The notes under the pieces are model-generated. The model was given only the letters and a program-made list of their open reading frames with translations, searched no databases and was not told where the DNA came from. Position numbers and translations under genes: made by a program. A stretch of DNA of 64,000 nt from Octopus bimaculoides (taxonomy: Eukaryota): assembly GCF_001194135.2 (NCBI RefSeq), contig NC_068981.1, forward strand, positions 164,057,325 to 164,121,324, read 5' to 3'. Positions 23,985 to 36,945 of this stretch are shown one piece after another (the first letter of the stretch is position 1; each line of letters opens with the position of its first letter).

Positions 23985-24970
23985 ATTGGCTTTCATCACT
24001 GTTTTATGTACGGATAAATATGTACTTTCTGGCAAGTTAGGTAGATTTTTCAAAACTACACAGTCCAATCTTTGAGGAAATGATTCGAGTTATTTTAAAA
24101 GAGCGTCAGAATAATAAGAAAAACAGGTATATATTTTTAGAAGTATATTAAGTATAATAACAATTTCTGAAAAGGTTCAAATTGCTTCTTATGAAACAGT
24201 TACACAAAATGAAGTCTCATATTTTGCTGGAGTTAATTATTTTGTCTGCAAAATGTTAAGACATTGCTAGAAGATTAAGCAGAACATGAAACAAGTAAAA
24301 TTCCTCTCTCAAATAATACACTTCGCAGACGCATCTTGGCACTGGTTGTTTAAATCAAGCAAATTGTATGCTACAATATTCATATTATGCTTAGCAAGTT
24401 GATTAGACAGCAAGCAGACATTGCTAACAAAGCGCAAACGCTACAGAAGGTGAATACGTTTTTCATATCTTAAATAACTACCTGAAAAATTGTAATTATC
24501 ATGGAAGTCATGTGCTGCTATTTGTACCGATGGAGTTCTTGTTACAGTAAAGTTGTATGAAAGAGCTTACAAAGTTTATAAAAAAAACCCTCAAAATCTG
24601 GTTGATATTGCAAAACATTGTGTACTGAAGTCATTTTACAACCGAGTTGGTGAAGTGGTTAATTCTATTAAAACCAAGATATTAAAGGATCGTATATTTT
24701 AGAAAATATGTATTGACAGGAATTCGCAGAAGAAGAATGGCTGTCAAGGTGGAAAGTGATCTGCGATGTGCATGAACTTAGAAAAAAGCTTTTTGCATAG
24801 TTTGAAGAAGTATATAAAAAATCTTTTGTGAATATCTCCAATGAGAATTTTGTATTTCTAACCTGCAATATTTGACAAGCATATTTCAGCGCTTTATTAG
24901 CTTGAACAGGAATATGTCAGGTTAAAACTGAAAATAACTAAAATCTCCTGATAAATTAATATACTGTTAG
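23985..24970 (+). pseudogene. Heavily decayed hAT Buster/Charlie-type transposase
   Basis: Fragments SEKVQIASYE, SKIPLSNNTLRRRI, GEYVFHILNNYL, SWKSCAAICTDGV, GEVVNSIKTK..RIF and EEEWLSRWKVI..VHELR. They are colinear with the Buster consensus IPLSNNTV.RRI / W..C..ICTDGA / VNFIK / EVRWLSRGKVL..FELR. Confidence 0.75.
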
Positions 24971-25468
24971 TTTATCTAAATATTTATATATTTATTTGAA
25001 TATTCAAAAGTTTCTCCAAATATTTACATATTTAACTGCTTACATATTTTAATATTTTCTTAGTTTGTCTAAGTATTTTACTTAAGATTTTATTGTAATG
25101 CAACGTGATTTTATTTCACAAGCGTTTAATGGCATCAAATATAGTCTGTGATAATTGTTTATTGTTTAGTCGCAAGAAAATGTCCATAACTCTTTTCAGA
25201 ATCTCTTAGATTGGTGGTGGGGGGGGGCAGAAGGTATACCCGAACTGAAGATCTGGACCGAATACTATTAACTGAGCGGTTTCTGCTAATTTCATTCAAG
25301 ATACTGTGATTAAACTGGTCGAGAGAGTAAGAAGTTACGGAAAAATTTGAACTCAAAAGGAAAAAAAAATGCCGAGCAGATATTGCAAGGCATTTAGCCA
25401 TCGTGCAAACGATTTCCCCAATCATTCCTTAGTACTTTCTTTATCCACCTCAGTAAGATGAACAAGGT

Positions 25469-25863
25469 GGAGTCGCAATGGCCCAGTGGTTAGGGCAGCG
25501 GACTCGTGGTCATAGGATCGCGGTCATAGGATCGCGGTTTCGATTCCCAGACCGGGCGTTGTGAGTGTTTATTAAGCGAAAACACCTAAAGCTCCACGAG
25601 GCTCCGGCAGGGGATGGTAGCGAACCCTGCTGTACTCTTCCACCACAACTTTCTCTCACTCTTACTTCTTGTTTCTGTTGTGCCTGTAATTCAAAGAGTC
25701 AGCCTTGTCACACTGTGTCACGCTGAATATCTCCGAGAACTACGTTAAGGGCACACGTGTCTGTGGAGTGCTCAGCCACTTGCACGTTAATTTCACTAGC
25801 AGGCTGTTCCGTTGATCGGATCAACCGGAACCCTCGTCGTCGTAAGCGACGGAGTGCAAACAA
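25469..25863 (+). mobile_element. SINE family C, full length
   Basis: GCAATGGCCCAGTGGTTAGGGCAGCGGACTC tRNA head with a 13-bp internal duplication (GGTCATAGGATCGC), B-box GGTTTCGATTCC, and 3' body ending GACGGAGTGCAAACAA. Confidence 0.9.
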
Positions 25864-26468
25864 TGAAGATGAACAAGGAACCCAGATCGTAAGAAACAAA
25901 AATAAATACCATAAGACGTTTTATCTGATGTTCTAACGCTTTTATCAATCCACCGCGTGTTTAAGTTATGTATTTTCAGTCGATAACCCAAGTATGATAT
26001 TTAATAATCTTAACTATATTTACAATACTTACAGAAGATTCTCCTTCGTCCAGGTTATTTTCTTAGTTAAATAAGAATATATCACCAGCCACGGATGCAT
26101 GTTCCGTAAACTTTCTTATGTAAATCAGTATAATAAGTATACATGTTGCATGTGCTATTCGGTAAAACACAAATCAACTGGTTAAAGATATAGGAGGTTC
26201 ACTGGTGTTTGGCAATCTGCAACTCAAGGAGTATCCAGAATTAAAGAGGACTTCACCATTGTATAAAATAACAATAAAAACAAATGAATGGATTATACGG
26301 TAAGCCGTTGGGCTGCGCTGTGCAGCGACACGTCGATATTTAGTCTTATGCAACACGGTGCAACCAGAAAGTTTGAGAGGGTCTCTGTTGTATTTTGTCG
26401 TATCGTAAATATGTTGAACTAATGAAATGATTGTAGATGCCGTATTATCAATTCGTTTGTTTCTATTT

Positions 26469-26521
<53 letters not shown>

Positions 26522-27316
26522 GGAAAGAGAGTGGGGAGAGGGAGAGAGATGTAGGTATGTAAATAGATAGTTAGATAGATAAAGAGTCTAAATATATGAC
26601 TACATTTCTAATGTCTTTCAGTTTTAGACAGTGTGTTCATAGAAATTTGGTTGCGTAAGAGCTTTCCTTCATTGTCTCGAAGTAAACTTTATTGCTGTTG
26701 CTGTGTAGTCGTAGCCAAACAAAACTATCGTAAAACGTCTTTGTAATCCCATCATTTATAAAAATGAACGCTATATTTCAATAAGCATACCCTCTACTTG
26801 ACACGAAAGGGTATATTTTGTGAGAATTTTGGCTACTACTTTCAGCAGCTTAAACAATCAACTGTCAAGTTCCCTGTTTAGCAAAATCATGTGTCAATGA
26901 AAAATTCTTTCTCTCACTCCTCCTTTCTCTAGGAAAGTGAGGGGAGCAGCCGTGTAACAGCTTCTATTTCATATCTTCAGTGAATGTAGCTGAGGTAACA
27001 GGCTAGTGAGTTCGACGTTTGCCTTTCCAACGATATGAATTTCCACTTAGAGAAGGTGATAAAATTTTGTATAAGAGCAATTACGTTACCAGTATTACTA
27101 CTGGATTTGACTGGTTATCTTTATCAACCTATCCTTATTCACATTCGACTGTTTCCATCCTACCGACTTTCTTGCCTTATATCTAATTTAGAATTGATTA
27201 TTCATAATTATTCACATTCACTCCCTTACCAACAAAACTTTCGACTCTTGGCGCCAGCGTAGAGCTTTCTTAACCTGTGAGAAATAATAGCTACAACTCC
27301 CTTAAACACGTTTTCT

Positions 27317-27547
27317 TATTTCTTTATTGCCCAGAAGGGGCTAAACATAGAGGGGACAAACAAGGACAGACATAGGGATTAAGTCGATTAGATCGACCCC
27401 AGTGCGTAACTGGTACTTAATTTATCGACCCCGAAAGGATGAAAGGCAAAGTCGACCTCTGCCGAATTTGAACTCAGAACGTAACGGCAGATTAAATACC
27501 GCTACGTATTTCGCCCGGCGTACTAACGTTTCTGCCAGCTCGCCGCC
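27317..27547 (-). mobile_element. SINE family A, young subfamily with 15-bp TSD
   Basis: Complete element flanked by a perfect TTAAACACGTTTTCT duplication at 27302-27316 and 27548-27562. Confidence 0.95.
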
Positions 27548-27918
27548 TTAAACACGTTTTCTGCCGACTTAAAAAGAAGGAAACGATGTGTTGGATAATG
27601 TGGCTTTATATAGATTGCGTCTGAAAAAACGTGACAGGCACACCTTTTGACTATGGGTTTATTTGATCAGAGTTAGCCTAGGCTCAGCAACAAGTTTCTA
27701 CTCCTTATTGCAAAATGTAACCTTATCTATTCTTTAATCTTAATTCTTCAATCCAAATTCTATATTTTCACTCTTTATTCTTTATTCTTAGGCAAAGCAG
27801 ATAAAGCCATGAATAAAAGAACTGGTCAAACCTACCTCACACCTTTACCTCCCCTTAACATCATCCCATAAAATACCAGCACTATAAACACACTATAACG
27901 ATTTTATGTTTATTGCAG

Positions 27919-27988
27919 CGCTGAAAAATAATCACCTGTCTGACCTGAATTCATTGGGAAAGTTTTACACGCCAACTGGATTGAATTA
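27919..27988 (+). CDS. Candidate host-gene exon (unverified)
   Basis: TTATGTTTATTGCAG| acceptor and |GTGAGT donor. Only one frame is open: xLKNNHLSDLNSLGKFYTPTGLN, phase 1 in and phase 2 out. Confidence 0.35.
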
Positions 27989-28658
27989 GTGAGTTTTGGA
28001 GACCATTTCCGGTTTATATATAAACTCCTCCTGTAACTCTTTTTGTTGTTTGTTGTTTTTGTTCGTGTTTTCTTTTCTTCTTTGTTAAAACATTTATGTC
28101 ACCAGCTCTAATAGCTTTTCCCCATTTGTAAGAGACGTGTTCTACTCAAGTTTATTATTATTTTTTCCCCTCTATGAAGTATTGTTTGCAATTTAACGCG
28201 AACTTTATTTTCTGTGTCCGTTTTCTACTCTTGTGAATACATTAATTTCGAAAAAAAACTTCCTGGTTCGAGTTAAACCTTGGTATAAACACTTACAGTC
28301 ATAACCGATTGCATGTCCTGTGTATCATGTAACACACTAGATATATTTCCCTGGAGTCTCAGCATCATATATGATATATATTCCTAATTTTTTTTTTTTA
28401 ACCACCAGAGTAACTTGGGACTTCTGAAAAGAAAGCTTTATATTACTCGGAACGTATGAAACAAGTACTAATTTAAAGTTTGAAAACAAGCATAATGGAC
28501 GTTTAGGACAAACTTATGAAAGGGTTAAATAAGACACCCGACGACAACCAGAGAGCAAACTTATCAGAAAGTCATGTGGTTGATGCAGTTCATAACATTT
28601 CGTTTAGTAGCCCTCGATCTGGAACTAGAGAATTCTAAACATACATACATACATACAT

Positions 28659-29024
28659 GTTGGCACTCCGTCGCGTACGACGTCGAGGGTTCCAGTTGAT
28701 CTGATCAACGGAACAGCCTGCTCGTGAAATTAACGTGCAAGTGGCTGAGCACTCCACAGACACGTGTACCCTTAACATAGTTCTCGGGGATATTCTGCGT
28801 GACAAAGTGTGACAAGGCTAGCCCTTTGAAATACAGTTACAGCAGAAACAGGAAGAAAGTTGTGGTGAAAGAGTACAGCAGGGTTCGCACCATCCCCTGG
28901 CGGAGCCTCGTGGAGCTTTAGGTGTTTTCGCTCAATAAACACTCACAACGCCCGGTCTGGGAATCGAAATCGCGATCCTATGACCGCGGGTCCGCTGCCC
29001 TAACCACTGTGCCATTGCGCCTCC
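28659..29024 (-). mobile_element. SINE family C, full length, inside (CATA)n
   Basis: Reverse complement of the 25469 copy over its whole length, with CATA repeats on both flanks. Confidence 0.9.
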
Positions 29025-29076
29025 ACTTCACATACATACATACATAGATGCATACTNNNNNNNNNNNNNNNNNNNN

Positions 29077-29117
<41 letters not shown>

Positions 29118-29119
29118 TA

Positions 29120-29460
29120 TCTTTTAACTTTTAATTGTTTCGGTCATTAGACTGCGGCCATTCTGGTGCTCCGCCTCGAAAAGGTTTAATCGAACGAATG
29201 GACCCCACTACATATTTTTTAAAACCTGTTACTTATTCTATCGGTCTTTTTTGCCGAACCACTAAGTTACGAGGACGTGAACATACCTAGGTAGGTTGAC
29301 AAGCGGTGGTAGGGGGACCAGCACAGACGGGCTACTCTCCGTTTTCGTCCACCAAAACCCACTCACAAGGATTTGGCCGGCCCGAGGCTATAGCAGAAGA
29401 CACTGGACGTGGAACTATGTGAGCAGGAAGTAAAGGTCTTACCACACAGCCACATCTGCA
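29120..29460 (-). mobile_element. SINE family B, internally shortened
   Basis: Tail TTGTTTCGGTCATTAGACTGCGGCC, GCCGAACCACTAAGTTACG, CCCGAGGCTATAG, CTTACCACACAGCCAC. Confidence 0.8.
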
Positions 29461-31246
29461 AATAATGAGAGCAATTATATATATATATTTACATTATCTA
29501 CTTTATATTTATATATACATATTTATATACTTGTAATATTTGTATATATGCCTTTCACATATTTAGCTAGTACGCACACACATGATTGGTATTTCGTTTT
29601 TTTTATTTGCTTGGAAGAGTGACAGAAGCAAAATCTACACAAGAAAACAGAAAAATCAACAAAACGAAAGACAAAAAGAACTGCAACAAAAAATAATTGT
29701 ACAATAGCAACAAAATGAATAATAGAAAAAAAACACAATTTATTTTTGTTGTTCATATTTTATTTAGGTTTTCAGTGTTTTCTTTGCGTAATTTTTTTTT
29801 CTTCTCTCTTCAAAATAGATAGAATTTTATCAGAGGATTATTAGCTGTTAAATCTCTACCGGGTAGGAGTTTTGTATTTCAGTGTTTCGCTTGGTCTAGG
29901 CAGCGAGGTTCTGAGTTCAAATTCCGTCGGGACCGATATAATTGACTAACCCCTCACACGAAATTGATCGCCTTTTGTAAAAACTTGAATCCAATATTTC
30001 GCTTAAGCGTAGCGATATATATGTGTGTGTGTTTGTGTTTGTGCTTGTTTGTTTGTTTGTGTGTATGTGTTTGTGTGTGTATGCGTGTGTGTGTGTGTGT
30101 GTGTATGTTTGTTACAATTATTCTGCTTGTTCTTCCGTTACCTAGCCCGTCCGTAACGCTCTCACGTGATTANNNNNNNNNNNNNNNNNNNNNNNNNNNN
30201 NNNNNNNNNNNNNNNNNNNNNNNNNNNNNNNNNNNNNNNNNNNNNNNNNNNNNNNNNNNNNNNNNNNNNNNNNNNNNNNNNNNNNNNNNNNNNNNNNNNN
30301 NNNNNNNNNNNNNNNNNNNNNNNNNNNNNNNNNNNNNNNNNNNNNNNNNNNNNNNNNNNNNNNNNNNNNNNNNNNNNNNNNNNNNNNNNNNNNNNNNNNN
30401 NNNNGTTACTTAGCTCATCTGTAACGCTTTCACTTGTGATTAGATGAAGGGAAAGGCGAAAAGCGAGAGAAAACGTGGATAAGGCGTAGAGTAAGAGTGG
30501 GAGAGTACTGTGTATTAAGTCTATAAAATTGTGCATAACGTGTATAAAGTGTGTGTATATATATATATATAAAGTGCGTTAAGTAATCATCGTATTCCAA
30601 TTTCTTTCAATGAGTAGCAGATGAGCGACTATCTTTCCATACAGACACAATGCAGGCTACGCTTTCAGGTTTACAATTAATTCCGTGAAATATTCACGGG
30701 TCTTGCTAGTATATATAAATTCTTTTACTTCTTTCCGTCATTAGATTGTGGCCATGCTGGAGCACCACCCTGTTTGTACGTGTGCGTGTGCGTATGTGTG
30801 TGTGTATGTAATAGCAAGATTGAAGTATTGCTAACGAAACCTGTGAGCCTGTTGAATATATAGTTTCTTATTCAAATAATACAGCATTACGTTAAACTTA
30901 TGTGTGTTACTATTTTACAGATAAGTAGACTGAGTAAGCAAGTCGGTACAGCAGAGAGAACCAATGGATGCAGATAGGAACTTCACTTCAATAGAAAACT
31001 CGCCACCTTATCATTTCTTCAAACCTTCAATAGCATGATTTATCGTAATACTCATTGAAATATATGAAGCCGCTCTTATGAAAGATAACGAAAGCTTATG
31101 TGAGTCTGCCGCTATCAATAAACTCTGAAATTAATTTTAAACAAGCCTAACGCTATTTTAAGAGTTAACAGAGGACACATATACATATACATTAACTGGG
31201 TCTTACAAACAACATATTTCGGATAAAATTTATAAACACCATTAAC

Positions 31247-31548
31247 TGGCACTCCGTCGATCACGACGGCGATGGTTCCAGCAGATCCGATCAACATAAC
31301 AGCCTGCTCGTGAAATTAACGTACAAGTGGCTGAGCACTCCACAGTGACTCGTGTACCCTTAATGTAGTTCTCAGGGAGATTCAGAGTGACATCGAGTGT
31401 GACAAGGCTGACCCTTTGAAATACAGGTACTACTCATTTTTGCCAGCTGGGTGGACTGGAGCAACGTGAAATGAAGTGTTTTGCTCAAGGGCACAACGCG
31501 TCGCCAGGAATTGAACTTACGACCTTACGATCGTGGGCTGAATACCCT
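31247..31548 (-). mobile_element. SINE family D
   Basis: 3' body shared with family C (TGGCACTCCGTCG..GTGGCTGAGCACTCCACA). Head GCTCAAGGGCACAACGCGTCGCCAGGAATTGAACTTACGACCTTACGATCG. Confidence 0.9.
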
Positions 31549-32167
31549 GTGCGTATTTACAACTTGATGTTATTCTTCAAGCAATGTTAGATCGCCAACA
31601 TATTAAATAAGTTGTAAATAAGTGATAGTCTGTTAGATCATGCCAAAATAAATAAATAAATAAATAAACAAAAATCGGTAACTGGTGAATCTGCAAGTTT
31701 TTTCATTGTAGTAGTCAAAAGACGCAAGTTGCTGAGCTGGAAATGCTAAATATTGATTCAAACTACCTAAATGCAAGATATAAACAATTAATATATTAGT
31801 TAATCAGTCATTCAAGCTAAACAGTTAATTAATAATGGGAATTATAAATGTAAGTTTATTAATTAGTAACTAAAAGAATCAAAATTAAATGCACCTATCT
31901 GATTCAAACCATTCATACATTTTTGTTTTTTTATATATTTATTTTTCAACACGCAGGTGCGCCCTGTTTTGTTTTTTAGTTTTAATTTTGTTTTTGGTTT
32001 TTTNNNNNNNNNNNNNNNNNNNNNNNNNNNNNNNNNNNNNNNNNNNNNNNNNNNNNNNNNNNNNNNNNNNNNNNNNNNNNNNNNNNNNNNNNNNNNNNNN
32101 NNNNNNNNNNNNNNNNNNNNNNNNNNNNNNNNNNNNNNNNNNNNNNNNNNNNNNNNNNNATATATAT

Positions 32168-32206
<39 letters not shown>

Positions 32207-32326
32207 GTAGCATATCTGGATTAAAGAAAACAGGAGGAAGATTAAAAAGAAAGTTAAAAGAGAAAGAAAGAGAGAAATCTTACTGTGAGGCAAGTGAGAC
32301 GACTGCGTATTTTATATATAATATTC

Positions 32327-32358
<32 letters not shown>

Positions 32359-33221
32359 TATACATAGTTTATATAATCGTTTCTATTATAGGTACAAGGC
32401 CTAGTGTCACTTACATTTTTTGTCACTTTTTACCTCATACCTTTTTCTACAAAAATTTATTGCATAAAATTAGCATTTTAATTTAATTTATCATTTGATT
32501 GCTTTTAAATTAAGAAAGTTTTTGAAGTCAAAGTCGATTGGAGGCGTAACTTACGTTTTTCGGCACTTTTGACTTCAACATTTTTTATATTAAAGATTCT
32601 TTTGATAAAATTGATATTTTTAGACTCCCTTTGTTGCGTTCTATCATTTAGGCTTAAATAGAATATAGTTTGCTTTTAAAATAACTAAGTTACTTTGATT
32701 CAAAGTCAATTTTTCGCCTTTCTTTCCCTTTTGGGATCTCACAGGTTTTAATGTAAAATTTTTTTCCACAGAACCAACTTTCAATATTTTCATGGCAATA
32801 TGCAGCTTGGGAGTTGACTATTATAGAACTGTTAACAACTGAGAAATGAGTTAGTGACAAAGCTTTAAAGAGGCTGGGAGTGTATAAATGTCGACCTTAT
32901 GAATATTATTCAACCACGGTAGTGGTTGAATGATTTATTTAACTATGAGATCTATGCTCGTCAAAAATGTTTCCAGCGCTGTCAACAAATTTAGCATACA
33001 TGCATGCAAGCATACGTGCATGAATACACACACATGCATACATACATACATACATACATACATACACACATGTACATACATACGTACGCCTGTACATACA
33101 TACATTCCTTCTTAATGACCCTGTAAGCCTTCTAACATCCAGTATGCGGACCTTTCAATTGGCAGCACTTGCATATGTAAGTTGCTTGCAAAAAAATCAG
33201 AATATGTGTATATATATGCAT

Positions 33222-33273
<52 letters not shown>

Positions 33274-33565
33274 CTGTGTCTGTGTCTATGTGTGTATGTA
33301 TGTATATATATGTATGTAGTATGTGTGTATGCACACATGCATACACATGAACGCGCGCACAAACACACACACACACATACATACACATACACACACATAT
33401 ATATCGTCATTTGTATTATGTAGAACGAAATTTGAAACCATGATTTGCATATTTATTCTTAGTACACTCTGGCAGAGTCAAACACAAAATATGCTAATTG
33501 CTGTAGTGTACGTTGCAGAAGAACAACTTCTCCCTTCTACGACGGCAATGCCTTCATAGCACATT

Positions 33566-34239
33566 CGGCTCATTGATCCAAGGGAGTCTAGAGCATGTTG
33601 TGTCCCGTCAAAAAATACTCAGGCCTTTTGAGCCTAAACGAGCCATTGGCTTTGTTTATAATTTCAGCGAAGAAACTGGTTTTTTTTGGGTTTTTTTTTA
33701 TCAATGTGTATATTTGCCAACCGATAAATAATCGTTATTTGCGCAGTGAACAACGTAATTGTACACTCGAATCTCCCAGGATGCATTAAGAGTCTTTTCT
33801 ATTCTAGGCACAAGACCTAGAAATTTGGTGGGAGGTGGGGGCCTGTCGGTTATATCTACCCCAGTACAAAACTGGTACTTAACTTATCCACCCCGAAAGG
33901 ATGAAAGGCAAAGTCGACCTCAACGGAATTTGAACTCAGAATGTAAAGACGGACGAAATACAGCTAAGCATTTCGCCCGGCGTGCTAGCATTTCTGCCAA
34001 CTCGCCGCCTTGACAAACCGAGAATATTAAGGATAAATTATGTAAATCATCGTTCTAGATTTCGCTGTACATAGTACAAATAACGATTTTTTATCGATTG
34101 GCTGGCATAATCTCTGATCAGCAAAGAATTTGTTGAAATTATAACAAAGTGGCTTGTTAAGTTTCAAAGGTACTACTGACTGACGCGATACAACATGTCG
34201 AGGCACCGGTATCCCAGATCCCCTTGACTCAGTGAACCG
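33566..34239. repeat. Old fold-back (inverted repeat) element with a SINE-A in its centre
   Basis: 33566-33755 and the reverse complement of 34062-34239 share ordered blocks: CGGYTCAYTGA..CAAGGGA, CATGTTGTRTCSCGTCA, TTTGTT(T)ATAATTTCA, GCCAAYCGATAAAWAATCGTTATTTG. Confidence 0.6.
33795..34009 (-). mobile_element. SINE family A
   Basis: CCGAAAGGATGAAAGGCAAAGTCGACCTC..GAATTTGAACTCAGAA..CATTTCGCCCGGCGTGCTA..CTCGCCGCC. Confidence 0.9.
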
Positions 34240-34330
34240 TTTGCATCTATACAACAGGCTCGTGAAAAGTGTTAAATATGCGAATAAGTTTATCCAGTTT
34301 GCACTCGCCCATTAATTAGTACGCTTCTAA

Positions 34331-34826
34331 GGTGGCGAGCTGGCGAAATCGTTACCGCGCCGGACAAAATGCTCAGCATCATTTCTTTCGATTGGAAGAA
34401 TCTTTAGCGTACTGGGCATTAGCGGCATTTCGTTCGTCTTTACGTTCTGAGTTCTAACTCCGCCGTGGTCCACTTTGCCTTTCATCCTTTCGGGTTCGAT
34501 AAAATAAGTACCTGTTGAACACTGGGATCGATATAATCTACTTATCCCCTCCCCTGAACTTGCTGGACTTGTGCCAAAATTTTAAACCAATATCAGAACA
34601 GTTCTAAGCGGCGAGCTGGCGGAATCTTTATCGCGTCGGACAAAATTCTTAGCGGCATTTCTTTCGACTTTACGCTCTGTGTTCGAATGCTGCCGGTGTC
34701 GACTTTGCCTTTCATCCTTTCAGGGTCGTCGATAAAATAAGTACCAGTTGAGCACTAGAATCGATGTAACTGGCTTACCACAACTCCGAAATTGCTGACC
34801 TTGTGTCAAAATTTCAAGCCAGTATT
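34331..34826 (+). mobile_element. Two head-to-tail SINE family A copies (34331-34590, 34608-34826)
   Basis: Two GCGAGCTGGCG heads, each with core and CCAAAATTT tail. The first has a partial internal duplication of the head. Confidence 0.9.
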
Positions 34827-35630
34827 AATGTTTTTCTAAGCTGTGTGTTTCTGCAGGAGTGTACGTAATTACTGATGACTTTCAAAAGAGGAACAGAAAG
34901 ATACATGCATAAGTTACCACTTCTTCTGTCCAAGAACATTGTATAGAAGCAATGCATTCAACCGTCGAAACACACGGTATTGGCTATAAAATGTATGAAT
35001 ATGTTATATATTATAGTATTGGCTATAAAATGTATGAATATGTTCTATATTATTGCAAGGAAATAAAATTCTGTTAACACGCAAGTTATTTGATCGTCTT
35101 TTACTGAATTCAGTCACATTTGTTTTGCAATGTTTTCTCCGCCTAATTTTTTTTCTTTTGTCCTTAAAACAATGGGCACCTTTTGATTAATCTGACACAT
35201 GAAAAATCTCTTTAAAATATCTAGGCGTGTATTAATACTGGAAGCCTTATTTACATTAAATCTGAAGTAAATACACTGTATATACTGAAATTGTTTATTC
35301 ATTATCTAATCACCAAAACCATTTGTTTCAGAATCAGAATGTATGTAGTCTACAAATTTTAGAATTTAAGCAAACAAAAGAATATAATGCTTGAACATAC
35401 ATACATGCATACATACGTACGTACGTACGTACATACATACGTACATAATACATACATACATACGTACGTACGTATATACATACATATGTGCATGCATACA
35501 TACATCGTTTTATTGTCTTTATTTAACTGTCTAAATCTAGTTCGTATAACTCCAAAAACGTCGCAAAATATAATGCAATGATAGTGCAATGTTAAGAGGT
35601 ATTGTGGCTTCGTCAGATGTCTATACTATA

Positions 35631-36376
35631 AGGGCGTGGCGAAGTGAGAGAATCGCTAACGCGTCAGATATAATGCATTGCGGTATTTAATGACGGATCT
35701 TTACGTTCTGAGTTCAAATTCCATCGTGGTCAATTTTGTATTTCATCTTTCCTGAATCGTTAAAGTAAAGTCCCTGTCAAAATGGGGAAGGCAGTATAAT
35801 CGAATATTCACCACCCTCAAATTTCAGGACAAGTGTTTATGTTAGAAATCAACGGTGTATGATTAACAGAATTGTTAGAATGTCGAATAAAATATCTTGA
35901 GCTGTTTAGGGACGGATCTTCATATACTGAGTTCAAGTCATGCCGAGATCGTCTGTAATTTTTATTCTTTTAGATTTGATAAAATAAGAACTTGATTACA
36001 GTCAACTTGATTACTTGGGTCGGTATAATCAATTATGCTCCTCTCCCGAATGTGAGGTATTTAGGCATTTTATTTCTAATCAATATTATGAAAGTGCATT
36101 GGATTAAACGAATCGATAGAGGACCAGAAAACATGCCTCGCGGTTTTTATTTACATCGTTTCACATTGCCTAAGGCGGCGAGCTAGCAGAATAGTCAGTG
36201 TTTAAAAAATGTCTTGTAGTATTTCTTTGTGTTCTGTTTTTAAATCCTGCCGGTGTCAACTTTGCTTTCATCTTTTTAAGGTCCATAAAATTAAAGTGCC
36301 GGTCAAGTTATGGGGCTGGGTGTATCGACTAAACCTCTTGCGCAAAATTGCCAGCCTTGTACCTAAATCAGAAACC
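35631..36376 (+). mobile_element. Cluster of three same-orientation, degenerate SINE family A copies
   Basis: Repeated TTCTGAGTTCAA/CTGAGTTCAAG, TTTCATCTTT and ATAAAATAAG blocks at ~35631-35850, ~35865-36075 and 36174-36376. Confidence 0.65.
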
Positions 36377-36945
36377 AGATCTTTACATCACCTTTAAATT
36401 TTCGGTGGAGAAAGGGTGCGATTAAGTAAATTACAAGTGAAGTCCAACGATTACCATAATGAACCCGTTTCTCCAGAATTTCTTGTATATGTATCAAAAT
36501 TATTAATGATTGTCAATCTTAACTATGACTACAACTGTTGGTACTATTGTTGTGCAAGATCGTTCTTAAGATCAAATTGACCAATGATCACAAACTTTAG
36601 AGGCTCGCCAATTCTTTCTTATATTCAGAGATAGTATACGTAGTACTACATTATCCAGTGGATCCTACTTCTAAGACAATATTATTAGTAATACGAAAGG
36701 AATTTACCATTTATTTCTAGCAGTTCTATTGACTATGTCGAAGCTCTGTTACGGCAGGATCGGTAGAGCTGGTAAACTTAACGGATTTTGTTTCGTCTCT
36801 CTTTCGATTTAAATTCAATTCCAATATACCTGTAGATAGATATCTCAACAGATTGCTATTTCAGCCTTATTATATGAGTTGATGCCTATTGCTGTAAATT
36901 GCTGGTATTTCATCACAACTACTAATGATATTCTGAGCAGTTTTA

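Noticed and set aside
24547-24652. Apparent exon KLYERAYKVYKKNPQNL..
   Set aside because: It is part of the decayed hAT transposase frame (ICTDG motif immediately upstream).
27791-27823. Extra phase-1 exon GKADKAMNKRT upstream of 27919
   Set aside because: The acceptor is good but the donor G|GTCAAA is weak; not supportable without transcripts.
28190-28528. Possible piggyBac-like element ending GAAAGGG-TTAA
   Set aside because: Only one terminus is visible, so no boundary can be supported.
32395-32800. AT-rich tract with TTGAAGTCAAAG / CTTTTGACTTCAA inverted motif
   Set aside because: Probably a DNA-transposon remnant, but no termini or family could be identified.
34977-35050. 39-bp-period duplication GTATTGGCTATAAAATGTATGAATATGTT
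   Set aside because: A simple two-copy local tandem duplication with no further structure.
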